Shown: in pieces, positions 32,177 to 44,896 of the stretch
Layout: every line of letters begins with the position of its first letter
How positions within the stretch are numbered: position 1 is the first letter of the stretch
NCBI GenBank assembly: GCA_964019425.1
Contig: OZ025786.1
Span: 1,116,001 to 1,180,000 of the forward strand
From: Flectonema sp. DT1601
Taxonomy: Eukaryota
DNA: 64,000 nt
Direction of reading: 5' to 3'
Program-made: the position numbers and the translations under genes
Notes under the pieces: generated by a model
Database searches by the model: none
What the model saw: the letters and a program-made list of their open reading frames with translations, nothing else
What the model was told of the DNA's origin: nothing

Positions 32177-34228
32177 GGGTTGAGGAAAAAAAAGGGGATT
32201 TAAAAAAAAAAAAAAAACCAAGTGAGCTAGCGGGTAATTACTAAGTATACTCATCATCTTCTTTTTTTTTTTTTTCAGCTTTCTAAAAAAGCTCTTACTG
32301 TTCTCCCTTCCGTGTACTTTTTTGTTGTACATGTTAAAGAAAAAAAAAAAAAGAAAAATGCTCACCTCCGAATACGGACTGTTTCATGAGAAAATTTTCG
32401 AGATGCCGTTTCTTCGGTGAGCAGCGGTTTAAAAAAAAAAAAAACTAAAAAAAAAAAAGGTGCGACACAAGAAGAGAAGAACTACTAGAAAAATGCCACG
32501 AAATCACCCCAAAAAATGAGGTCAAACGCTGCTAAGAAAGAAAAGAGTAAAAAAAAATAACAATAACGGAAACCAAAGAAATAAAACAACGAAAAAAGGA
32601 GCAGCATGGTCAGCTCTTTTTTAAGAATTTTGTATTCTTTGGAACGAAAAAAAATAAATAAAACAAATGTACGTTGTCACACACGAACGGAATCACAATC
32701 GCAATAAAAAAAGAATCCACACCATCAGACGCGACTGTGAGACCAAATATTCTGATTAGCGTAGGCTATAAAAAAAAAAGGAAGGAGATACACAAATATA
32801 TCAATCTCCCTCCTCCTTCTGTTTTTTTTTTCTTTTCCGCTTTTAAATGAAAATGTAAAAATTTCTTCCAGTAGGAGATTTTTACTTAAGAGATTTTGTT
32901 AGTTGCTGATTTTTTTTTCATTTTTTTTTCATTCTTTTTTTTTTTTCCTTGTTAGGATGAATTGTGTTTGTTGCTGCAGTCTAAGGATATAGACGAATAG
33001 GGAGAGCTTTGTCAAGCCACATATATGCATAAACAGCATACACCAAGTAAGGTTTATGCTGGGCGTTGGAAGACAACACTTGTCGACCAGGGCGAGGGTA
33101 AGAGATTTTTTTTTTTTTTTTTTTTTTTCCCCCGTCTTCTCTCGAGATGGCAACAACCACCAAGAGACTTTTTAAAAAAAAAAAAAAAACTAAATAAATT
33201 TTTTTTTTTGTTATTCTTTAAGAAAACAAGAGATGGAAAATATAGCAATATATGCGAGAGGACAGCTACTCTAATTGAGTAATTCGGATGGGGGTAGGTG
33301 GCTGCATACCAAAGAAGCGAACTTACTTCTTTATTAACAACACGAGGCGACTGCAAAGGTTCAGCTAACAAAACATCAAGAAAGAGAATGGAAAAAAAAA
33401 AAAAAGGGGGGGGGGTAATTTGATAGGAAAAAAAACACAACAACAATAAAAATAAATAACATAAGAAAAAAAAACGCGTAGGAAGAAATACGAATATCTT
33501 TTGAAAAAAAAAAAAAAAAAAAAAAAAAAGGATAAAAAAAAAACTGATTTCGGTATTTTCCCAACCCTCCAGGTGAGAAAACCCAAAACAAAGGGAAGAC
33601 TCAGCATATGTGACATATCTTGTTTTTTTTTCGGGGTCTTAGTCAGTAATATTTTTTTTTATTTTTTTTGGTGGCGTTGCTATTTTTTCAATCTTACCAT
33701 GAGGCAAACCAATGAAGAGTTAGAAACCCAAGGAAAGGTGGCTTGCCACTCAGAAGAGCGATTGAAATTTGCAGAAATTACAATGAGAGGACAGAGCAGA
33801 AACCCCGAAAGCAAAAGGACGTGTCAACATAACAACAATATTTGACCAACTTATAAAAGATGCTTTATGGTTTTTGTATTTTGGGTAAGTAAGGACAAAA
33901 AAAGAAATCTCTGAAAAAGAAAGACTGACTTGTGTACAAAAGTCAATTAGTAAATCGGGAAGAAAAAAAAAAATAAATAAAAATGCAATCTCAAGTAATT
34001 TTTTGAAATTACGATGGGGAAACGAAACGGGACAGCAATCAGCCATACCCGAGGGCGACTTTTATTCTTATGATGTTAAGATAGTCGCGACAGGGGAGTT
34101 TTTTTTGTTTTTTTTTTCTTTTTAATTTTTTTTTTTTCATTTCTATTTTTTTTTTTTTTTTTCCTTCTTTTTTTTTTTTTTTTTTTGCATACTTTGGTAA
34201 TCCCATTTCTGGAATCACAAAATACTTA

Positions 34229-34260
<32 letters not shown>

Positions 34261-34933
34261 GCGTCGTATGGTGACAAAGAATCCATCATACGGTTCCTCC
34301 CTCATCAAGATCAAGTTACATTATAGTGGACTAATCGCTACTCATGTACAAACCATGAGGGCGATGCGGCGAGGAGGAAGTTTTCTAACCATTTAACCTT
34401 TTTGTGTATGGAAACACATAGTTTTAAGGTCTAGGTTGCTATAAGACGTTAAGCAAAGAAAAAAAAAAAAATTCAATGAAAATTGACAACAAAAGTCAAT
34501 TTAGGGATAGATTATAGAAACGAGTAAAAGAATCAACTCATTTAGTACACAATCAAACGTCAGTTACGATTTAACTAAAAAAAAAGCAGAAAGTTGTTAG
34601 ATTTCATTTTTTTGTATTTAACCATGTAGCAAAAAAAAAAAAAAAAAGAAAGTCAAAAATGTAGGGAAGATGCTGAGAAAAAAATAATTTTAAAAAAAAA
34701 AAAAGAGTTTTTCAGAAAATACAAGCCCCATGAATAGGGTGTTCCATTGTTATTCGCGTACGATTATTATTTATTTATAAAAAAAAGGTGGGAATTAGAA
34801 ATGTATATTAACCAGATGAGGCTTTAAGCCACCAACAAGCTATTACAAACAATTGCAAAGGGAAGTTGACGCAAAAATAAACAAAAAGGAACTTGTCGAG
34901 AGAGAATAGGGGATTTTCTCTGAAATTTTTGAT

Positions 34934-34971
<38 letters not shown>

Positions 34972-37865
34972 AAAAAAAAGAAAGAAAATCACAACTCACT
35001 TGTCAACAAGTGACAAGCAAGCTGTTGAACAAAAAAAATCAAATACGAAATAATAAGAAATACGAGATAAAATCCAAGATACGAAACAAATGAAAAAAAA
35101 ACACGAAACAAAAATAAGATTGAGTGTTCCTTGTTTTTTTTTTTTCCTAAAAAAAAAATAATTTTTTATATCACTTCACATCGTGAGTAAAAAAAACCAG
35201 CAATCTCAAGGGTCCAATGCCATGAGGTTTCCTACACAGTAAAATCCGAGTATGACTCAGCAGTACGTATAGTCTACAAAACCCTATTCTTGTTCTTCTT
35301 CTTTTTTTTTTTTTTTTTTTAATGCATTACAACCATTGAAAACCCCAGTGAATAACCAAATTCTTTTTTCTCGCAACGGAAGATAGATGCTTGACAAAAA
35401 AAAAAAGCATAACATATGAAGAAGTACAGAATCTTTGAAAAAACCTGTTTCAAAACGCAGGGGTTTCTGCTTCTGTACACAACTAAATGTATCTATGTTT
35501 TTTTTTTTTTTTTTTTTTGTTTTTTTTTTCGTTTTACGAAAGAGAAATAAATTTTCATTTTTAATGCAGCCTTTTTTTAAAAAAAAAAAAAAAAAAAAGG
35601 GCTGCAGTGATAGAACGTGAACGATTATTATTATTATTTTTTTATTTTTTTTTCTTGTCTACAAAAAAAAAAAAAAAAAAAAAAAAGTCCTCCTTTGGGA
35701 CACAGTAGTATTGCTACAGTGAGATTGAGAAAAAGAAAATTAAATCTTACATCTGCCTCTCTCTGTTGTTGTTGATTATTAATTTTTTTTTTTTTCGTAG
35801 AAGAAACGTACTGTGCAAACATGCATAATGCTCCGGAACAACTCGCGGGATGTTCCGAAAGCAAAGACATATAAAAAAATAATAATAAAAAAAGAAAACC
35901 AGATCTGGTTGAGACAAAGGAATGGTTCACCATGAAATTAATAAAAATATAATATAAAAAAAAAAAAATAACTATTTTCATCCTAAACGAAAAATTGCAG
36001 TTGCAAACAAAAGAAACCCAACATCTGTAGTGATATTGGACAAGCTTTTGACGTTTTCAACTTTGAGGTAGGATTTACTTTTTTTTTTTTTTTTTTTTAA
36101 AAATTTCCGACGTTGCCTATCAGTGTGTATTAGCCTCAACATTTTTTTTTTCTTCGACAATTTTTTTTTCCTTTTTTTTCGATATAAAGGATATCCTTGT
36201 CTCACAATTCCGCTCTCCCCCCGTCACTATCAAACTCCTGCAGTCGCTGCAGAAAAAAGAATCGCCAACTTGGGGGAAGAGGATGTAGAAGAAAGAGAAC
36301 AAAGGAAGAAAAAAAAAAAAAAAAAAAAAAAAAACATTCGACAAAGAAATGACATTGTAATGGAGGTGACTAATATAATAAAAAGAATTCGAAAAGACAA
36401 CGAGAGGGGGGAGAAAAAAAAAAAGCAGCTGCAAATTCGCTGCTTTTTTTTCTTCTTTTTTTTTTCAAATGAAAGAATGACAACAGCAAAAAATAAGACA
36501 TTTCGGATACAAGGGGTTAAAAGTTTTTTTTTATTTTTTATTTCCTCTTATAATGTAGTTTATGTAGCGAAAGGAAGAAAGGAATGAATAAGAGGAATAC
36601 TAATATAATGTGTGTTTTTTTTCTTTTTTTTTTTTCTTTTCTCTCAAAAAACATAATAAATGAACAAATATTTTGTACAGGAAACACAACATTATTTTTA
36701 ATATTGAGCTTCCTGTATTTTTTTTTTTTTTTTTTTTTTTCTTTGCATGTTGTCGTAATCACAGCCGCTGCCAAAAGGTTTCAGAGTTTAGTCTCAAAAA
36801 GAAATAATACCACGAAAGTGTACTATATTCTTTTTACTTGTTTGGGTGGAAAAAATAAGAAAAAACATTTAAGAGAAGTCAAAGAAGGATGCTCCTCTTG
36901 ACCCTTGCTAGGTCAAGAAAAGAGATCCCGGTTTCTGTTTCTTTTTTCTTCTCTTATTTTCTTTTCTATTCCTAAGTGTACTTGTTTTTCCCTGCAGCGA
37001 GACTGTCTTTTTTTTTTTTTTTTTTTTTGCTCCTTTCTTCTTTGCATTGCAAGAGAAGTAAGCAATATTTTTTTTTTTTTTTTGGATACATCATATCATA
37101 AAAGAATAGGATGATGCTACAGAAAAACTTAAAAGAAAATAATAATGTAAATAAAAAAAACATGTAAGGTGGAAAGATGCACACAGCTGCACAGAGCGCA
37201 AGAGGTGCAACCTATAAGACACAAATGAAGAATAATGAAGGGGGGACTTTTGCTAAGCAAAAAAAACAAAAAAAAAACGGGGGAATAAAGAGGGAATAAA
37301 TGGTTAATCTTTTTTCGATCACCTCACAAGAGGTACAGAGATAGATAATGTGTGGAAAGGGGAATGGGAATATAAGCAAGTTGAAAAAAGTATTTTTTCG
37401 CGAAATGATTCTTGCCCCTGCGTCAAATTGATGCAAAGCCGTTATCTTTTATTTTATATGGATATTCAGAAAGAAAAAAAAAAGCAAGATGGAAGTTATA
37501 ATTCACATAAGATACACAAAATAATTTGTTTTTCTTTATGCCTCTTCTATCTTCCTCTATAAGGGAACTCACACAAACCTGCTGTTTTTTTTTCGTTTTT
37601 TTTTTTTTTTTTTTTTGCAGTGTGTTTTCATATGAGAACCATTTACAAACAATATTATTGTTGCTTTTAATTTAATTTAATTTAATTATTTTTTTTTTTT
37701 TTATAGTTGCTAGACGACCAAAGTTTGGGTCATTCACTTAATATTTAGATGTGTGTTTACACAATTTCTTTTTCTTCAAATAAACAAAAGCGTTCGCCAT
37801 GGACGAACCCCTTAAAATGGGAAAAACATTGGGGGACAATAGAGAGGAAGAATTCAGGGATGAAT

Positions 37866-37896
<31 letters not shown>

Positions 37897-38100
37897 GTCG
37901 CAATTTGCCAAGACGGCGTACCTCTCTCTCTCGAAAGAATAAAAGGCACATCTTTATCTCCAACAAGGAAAACAATTAATTGAGGAGTTCACCCCATTAA
38001 ACCTAACCCCGTGTGGCCATCAAAGTACGATGGGCAAAAAAAAACTGCAACAAACTAGAGACGAACGAGCGGATAAAAACTGTGAAAAGAGAAGAGAGGT
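31760..38100. other. ~6.3 kb non-coding low-complexity tract of poly(A)/poly(T) runs; possible long 3' UTR of the gene at 38108..39649
   Basis: Dozens of 10-35 nt homopolymers, only poly-F/poly-K spurious ORFs; lies directly downstream of a minus-strand gene. Confidence 0.6.
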
Positions 38101-38107
38101 AATTACC

Positions 38108-39649
38108 TTAAACCAAGTTGGAGTAAGGTTGATGACAGCTACTGTGTCCAGAAGGACTGCTCGATGCTGAGGATTCCTTTCTCGACTTCGATGGACGAGG
38201 CTTACGCTTTGGCTTTGTTGGTGTCTTCATATCAAAGAAACTGTGTAGACGCTTACTGTGACTACAAGTCATTTGACATTGCTTACACTGCTCACGTTCA
38301 GGTGGTGTACAAGCAAGGTTCTGAGCGTAACGATGAGCAGAAGTGAAGTTGGACAACAACAACTGAGGGTTTACTGAAGTGTTGTGTAAGGTTTTTTCAG
38401 AAATGCAAAAGTCAGCTCTAATCAAAACTGGTTGGTTATCCAAAATCTGAACCGCATCGTGAACAGCAGCACGTAATCTGATAGCAGCATCCAAAGTTCT
38501 GCATTGAACAAAAAACACACACAACATAACACTGTTGTGGCTTACGTTACTTTTTGCAGAACGATCATCAGCAATCATAGCGACGTCATTAGTACTTCCA
38601 GGACTGATCATTTCTAATAATGAAAGTAGACCACACCAAGTCATCTTATTAACACTACTTCCCCATGAGGAACGCTTTCCATAAAGTCGTAAGTGAAGTG
38701 TTCTGCAAGGTGTTTGCTTTCCTACAAACTTCAATTCCTTTGATGCCATCTGAACCTTAATATGATCACCTGTTTCAGTCATAATTTCAACAGCACCAGT
38801 TACTCCACACGGTTGTGTTAGAAGTGCGAAGGCGTGAACATGTCTACTCGTCTGTGTTCTAATAACCTCAAGGTGCTTAACCTTATCGGTGTAAACTGGT
38901 GCTAACTTTCGGTTGATTGCACGAGCAATGGCTGCGTCACTTAGAGTTGGAGGAATTCTATCAATGTAGATGTAATGACTCTGTGAACATGGAGCTGGTA
39001 CTGATGATACTGTTTCTGGTTCTTCAACAACAACAACTGGTTTGATCTCAGGAACTACTACTTTAGGTTCTTCAACAACAACAGGAGAAGCATCAACTGT
39101 TTCAATTGGTAGGATTGTTGTCTTCTCAATTGGTTTAACATATCTGATCCTCTCAAAACAATAGTCTCTGGTTTCTTCAAACTCTCCTCTTCTTGGACTG
39201 GTCGATTCATTGCTGCTCTTCCACGATGACTGAGTGTGTGCTGACATGGATCTCCTTCCACTACTGGAGTCAAGAGCTTCACCAACTTTAACATCAGGTG
39301 ATGTTCTGGATCTTCTTGGAAGATCAGCGAGTGAGATTGGCGCCATGTCTACCTTCTGAACAAAGCAGCAGTTTTCCTCAATAAAATTCGAAAGATCAGA
39401 CATTGACTCAGAAGTACAGTATGACTCTACTTCAGGTTCTTCTACAGCACAAACAGATCCACTGTTAGCACTTCCCTCACCACTTGAGCTTCCTCCTCTA
39501 GCGGACATTGATCCGCTGTTCCTCTCTTCAGCTGTCGTTACAGCTGGTTCGTCATCTAACGTTCTGGAACGTTTTGGTAAATCCGCGAGAGACATCGCCA
39601 AGTCTTCAGCGAAGACACAGCTTTCGATGTACATGGATAAGTCAGACAT
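38108..39649 (-). CDS. Putative RNA-binding protein with divergent RRM-like domain(s), 513 aa
   Basis: YIYIDRIPPTLSDAAIARAI (RNP2-like), HAFALL (RNP1-like), IKVQMA; second beta-alpha unit ending FFVQC..DAAIRLRAAVH..LIRADF; Cys/His cluster near the C-terminus. Confidence 0.6.
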   Translation of the reverse strand: MSDLSMYIESCVFAEDLAMSLADLPKRSRTLDDEPAVTTAEERNSGSMSARGGSSSGEGSANSGSVCAVEEPEVESYCTSESMSDLSNFIEENCCFVQKVDMAPISLADLPRRSRTSPDVKVGEALDSSSGRRSMSAHTQSSWKSSNESTSPRRGEFEETRDYCFERIRYVKPIEKTTILPIETVDASPVVVEEPKVVVPEIKPVVVVEEPETVSSVPAPCSQSHYIYIDRIPPTLSDAAIARAINRKLAPVYTDKVKHLEVIRTQTSRHVHAFALLTQPCGVTGAVEIMTETGDHIKVQMASKELKFVGKQTPCRTLHLRLYGKRSSWGSSVNKMTWCGLLSLLEMISPGSTNDVAMIADDRSAKSNVSHNSVMLCVFFVQCRTLDAAIRLRAAVHDAVQILDNQPVLIRADFCISEKTLHNTSVNPQLLLSNFTSAHRYAQNLACTPPEREQCKQCQMTCSHSKRLHSFFDMKTPTKPKRKPRPSKSRKESSASSSPSGHSSCHQPYSNLV

Positions 39650-39932
39650 ATTGTATCTGAGATTTTAAAAAGAAATATATACATTAAGAACACGATTTTG
39701 AACCTTATCATTATGAAATAATTATTTTATCAATTTCATCAACACCAGCCATATAAAGATTCGAGTCTCATTCCATCTCATCTTCATTTTGTTAAAAATA
39801 AATAAATCAAATTTTCACCAAAAACATCCCAATAAATACAAAAATAATAATAATATAGGGGATACAATAACAACTACAGAACAGTTGTGTTTCTTTTTTT
39901 TTTTTTTCTGAAGATACAACAGAATACAAATG

Positions 39933-40076
<144 letters not shown>

Positions 40077-40143
40077 GATTTTTAGATGGCGTCCATTAAG
40101 ACGGAATGCGGATTATAGAGGAAAGAGTTCTCATTATAAACAA

Positions 40144-42287
40144 CTATCTAGTTAGAGACCAGGAAGACTTTTCACTCACCGGAGTTGGTGGCTGACGCTG
40201 ACGTTGTGGAGAAGGTGTTGAGCACTCCTGTTTGTTGTGATGTGATGTAGTTTTCCAAACCTTTTTTTTTTTTTAAATATTTATAAAGGGAAAAAAAAAG
40301 ACAGATTCATTCACCATACCTTTTTACGATTTTCTTCAATAAATCGACTCCGAGCTCGCTCTTGTAGAGTCGGAGATGAATTTTGTAAAGAAACAGGAGT
40401 GTCGATACGCATCCCACCAGACAGTCGTTTTTCCCAAGCAGTCAGTTGTAATACACGAGAGTGAAGTCGATCTTCTCTTTCTTGCATTGATCTTTGAAAT
40501 TCTTCTCTCTTTTCAGATAACTCTTCGTGTTGAATGACAGGGTTGTGTTCTATTAACGATCTCAGCTGTTGGAGTTCCTTCCATTCTAAGGCCATCTTAC
40601 GAGTTCGTTCGTCAAGACCAGTTTCTAGTTCGCTGAGTTCTTCTTCTTTTGAAGATACCTCTGCTTCCTTCTCAGCAAGTCCTTGTTCTCTTAATAGAAG
40701 ATCTGATTCACGTTGTTGAAGAGTTTTAAGGTTTTGTTCCCTTCTCGTAATCAGATTATCTCTTGCTTCTAATTGTTTTTCATGAGATGCAAGACGAGTA
40801 TCCCAATCTTGGAGAACCCTTCCCTTTTCCTCAAGAGATTCCTGCCACAGAGTAGCTGCTCCATTCTGTTGTGGTTGTGGATTCCGAGTACTGCTCAACT
40901 CAACTTCAGTTGTCAATTCATCAATTCTATTTTTACATTGTTGTAGTAACTGATTGTAGTCAGTTGATTCCGCTTTGAGAATGCTATTTTCTTCAACAAG
41001 TCGATTCATATTTTCAGTCATCAATGACTTCGCCTCATCTGTTTGCTTCAACTGATGACTAAGTGACGTAATGGTGTCGTTAAGAGTTGTTGTTGTTGAA
41101 GAAATATTTTGTTGTGGAGAATGAACGACCTTCTCAACTTGTGAATACTGAGATGAATGTGGAGAGAGAGCTCTCTTATAAACAGATTGAGGAGGACTAT
41201 TATAAACAATATTAATACTACGATCAGGTACCTCTGAATAAACATCATTCGGAGACACCGACCTCGATCTACTCCCAAGTCGACCATCTAAGGGCCAATT
41301 GTTGTCAGGAGAACGACTTCGAACTCTTTTCAAAGGAGATGGAGACCCGTCTAGTGGAGAGCCTTCATTTTTATCAAATCGATCCCATCTTTTTGTTTGA
41401 TTCAAAACAGGACTTCTCTCTCTCGGTTTTCTTGGAGGCTCTCTTTCTTTAGCGAGAATATTCCAATCTCTTTTAGACCGTTCTGGAGTTCGTGTTGTCT
41501 TTCTGGGTATGGTTTTAATTTGATTAGATTGACGTGTTGGAGGTGGTGAGTGTGTTTGTATCAGTCCTTCCCTCTCTTTCCTTTTTATTTCGTAAGCCTG
41601 CGGTGTTGACTTTCTGTTTACAATATTTCGAGACTGAGAAGGAGGAGTAATCGGCTCAGCGTGTCCGCTCACATATTTTGGACGGCTGCTAACTCTCACA
41701 GATGACGATGGAGATACAGACCTGCCTCTTGTTGTTGTGACTGGACTAATAGCTCTGGTGGATATTTTAGGACTCTGACTTCTTCTTCCTGAAGCTAAAG
41801 TCGTAGTTACAGAGACTCTCGGTGATGTTATTCTCGTAAGGTGACCATCAACATCCCAAGTTGGAGGAGACAACCTTTCATCAGGAGATGAACTGCGAGT
41901 CTTTTTAGGAAGTGACTTATAATTCTGACCAGATGGAGATAAACTACGAGTTCTTGGAGATACCTTTCTATGATTCGAAACACCAGTTGGAGGAGTATCA
42001 CGAGTATCAGATCCAACAGAATGAGATATTCTTCTTGCAGGGCTGATTCCACTGTCGACAAGACTCCAACCTCTCCTGTGAGGAGGAAGTGGAGGAGTTG
42101 GTAAGAAAACATGATGCTTTGGATCAGCTGTCGGAGGTGATCTCCACGATCTTGGCACTGACTCATTCATCTCTAACATCGGATGGCTTAATTCTAATCC
42201 TGGTAATTGTAATGCCATCCCAGTAGTTGGTGATCTCAATCCATTCTGTGTACTTCCATTAGTAACACGAGTGTCTCGATTGCTCAT
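40144..42287 (-). CDS. Ser/Pro/Arg-rich + coiled-coil hypothetical protein, 2 exons (~683 aa)
   Basis: Many RSxSP motifs then an E/Q/L coiled coil. Phase-0 intron 40228..40319 gives a last exon ECSTPSP...SLTR*. Confidence 0.75.
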
Positions 42288-42700
42288 TTTATTTCATCCC
42301 GCCTGTCATATTCCAAATTACTTAAATATTTAATTATTGAAAACATCATCGACTCCGTTTGCTTGTCAAAAGCTGTTCAAATATCACACGAACTACAAAA
42401 AGAAAAGAGATAAAAAAAACGAATTTAAAAAAAAAAAAAATTGAGAAAAACAGGGCAGCACGCGGGCAATTTTTTTTTTTTTTTTTTATTTTAAATAACA
42501 CTGTACGGACAAAACAATACTTAACAGAGAATACGAGTTTTTTTATTTAATTCTTTTTTTTTTTTTTTTTTTCCTTCCCCCCTACTCCAGAATAGTAAAA
42601 CAGAGCGAGTCGTAGCAAAGCGATCGTATGAATAATATAAAATATCTTGTGTTGGAATGGCAACTTATGAACTTATCCTGATGCTTAATTACTGTTGCTG

Positions 42701-44613
42701 CTATCTGAGGGATCCATAAAGTGATTCAACAAAGCTAGCTCCGTTGATAATTTTAGTAGTTGCGATTATTATTTTTGTTTCAATCCCTTCCTCAACATCA
42801 CGTGCTTGGATTTGTTCTCTCAGAAACCGAATAGCAGCAATCTCTGAATGAGTAACCCCACCGATAAAGAACAACATTATCACTCTCGTCGCTGAGTTTG
42901 GATCTTCTTTAAGCTCTTCGTGTCCTCCGAAAGTAGGACCAGGATATTTGCTTAACTCACTATCCATTGCGTTCCATTGCAGTTTTCCTACCACAGCTAA
43001 TTCAGATAACTTCACTAATGGTGGAGCCCAACCTCCGTAAGCGTATGAGATGTCTCTTTTCTCATCTCCGTTTTGTTCACGAGTTTGTTGCAAGAAAGTA
43101 TTCTTAACACTCTTCACCATTCCCATGGCTGCTGCTCCTGCTCCGAATACAACGTTGTTTGTGTTTGGTCTGATTAGTGTTGTTGTTGTTGTTGTTGTTT
43201 TGGATAGTAGTCGAGTTGCAAAAAAAGAAAAAATAAATAAATAAATAACAAGACATACTTTATTATTCCAACCTTTTCAATATTATCCAGCGTGAGGAGA
43301 ACTTGGATTCCGTAGTTTTGAACGAGCAGCATTCTCAAGTAAGAATATTTTTGAGAGTTCAACCCACACATTAATGAATATATACAAACTAATCTTAGTA
43401 CCTTCGTAAGTGGCTCAGAACTGTAAACACATTCTTCTATGTAGGAAAAGACATGTTCTTTTTCAATCCCACCAACCATGAAGGCTTCTTTTTCTAAAGA
43501 GTTTATTTGCTGATTTGACCATTTTCTTACGTGAGTAAATATTTCCATGTGGACTGCTGAGAGTCCTTTTTGTTTTTGAATCGCACCAACTTTTCCAACG
43601 TATTTACGAGTCTCAGCCATGTCATTAGTTTTTTTAACTCTTTCCTTGTCGTCTATTTGATACTTCACGTTGTTAATAATAGTTTTTATCTCTTCTGGAA
43701 GTTTAGCCATGTGAATCCCACGAAGGTTTCTGTAAATTGGATCTTTTTCAGTCAACAAGAATGTCGATTCGTTTAGTTTTTCATCTTCTGATACTTTGTA
43801 GGGAGGCTTTAGTAATTGGGATTCAAGGGAGTAGATTTCATCGAGCATACCTGCGTATGTTCGTTGTTGTAACATCGGTGTCATTAAATCACATTCTCTA
43901 TCGAATATATAAAGTTGGTGTACTTCAGGAACGATTCCCGAATTGATTTCGTCTCCGATTTCAGCTTTCATCCTTTCAATGTTCTCAGCAACTTTTTCAG
44001 CAAACCTTCCCTTTCCTCTTATGAAAGGAAAATATCCATAAAATGCTTGAAATTTCATCAAAGCGGTTGCTATGTGCTTTAAACAAGTGTAGTCTCCTCC
44101 GAGAGCTGCTTCTCTAAAGCAAGATTCCATTTCCATGGTGAGGAAATCACTTTCAACAGGAATGAGATCTAATTCTAAATCACGAAGTTGATCTTTATCA
44201 GAAAGATGTTTCAAAACGTTGTAGTCCTCGAGCATAAGCTGACAAGCAATAGTCTTTTTAGGAACCATGTGAACGTATGACTTTCTACCTGCGACGGCAT
44301 CTTTTTGAATTTGAACTGCCAAGTGTTTCATAATTGACATCGAAGACCGAACAACATAAACGACGACATTATCTTTACTTCCTTCTTCAGTTAGACTTAA
44401 GATGTTCCTAACTCCTGTCGTTTTTAAACTTTTCAAAACGTCATCAGTTGCCAATACAGTCTTCAAGACGGATGTTAGTGAGGGATCGAGACACAATGTT
44501 TTTAGTGCTTGTCTTGGTATTGATAATGCTCCTTTCAGTTCATCAATTAAAAAATTACTCAAATCAGAAAAGTTTATGACGTCATCCAGAGTTGGTCCGT
44601 TTGGCTCGGCCAT
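42701..44613 (-). CDS. VPS33: Sec1/Munc18 family protein VPS33, 2 exons (~607 aa)
   Basis: LIPVESDFLTME, FDRECDLMTPMLQQRTYAGMLDEIY, KVLRLVCIYS, DISYAYGGWAP, LFFIGGVTHSEIAAIRFL, IIATTKIING. Intron 43170..43258 joins the two ORFs in frame. Confidence 0.88.
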
Positions 44614-44896
44614 GTTTCTTGTTTGTTACTCTGGAAGTGTTTAATGAATCTCTTTGTAAATTATTATAATTATTTTTTACATCAACTCACTAATCGTTAA
44701 CTAAAATTCTAATAAAAAAAAAAGGAAAGAAAACGAATATACTTTTTTTTTCCAATCCAATACAAAAAACTTGCGGTATTTTTTTTTTTTTTTTTTTTAA
44801 AAAAAATTGTGAGAGTTATAGGGAGGGTTTCTTAGTCACGTTATCGATTTTAAGAACGAGAAAAAACAAAAAAAAAAAAATAAAACGACCGTTTTT

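Noticed and set aside
31889..37979. Numerous 60-150 aa ORFs on both strands
   Set aside because: Poly-Phe/poly-Lys translations of homopolymer runs with no coding character.
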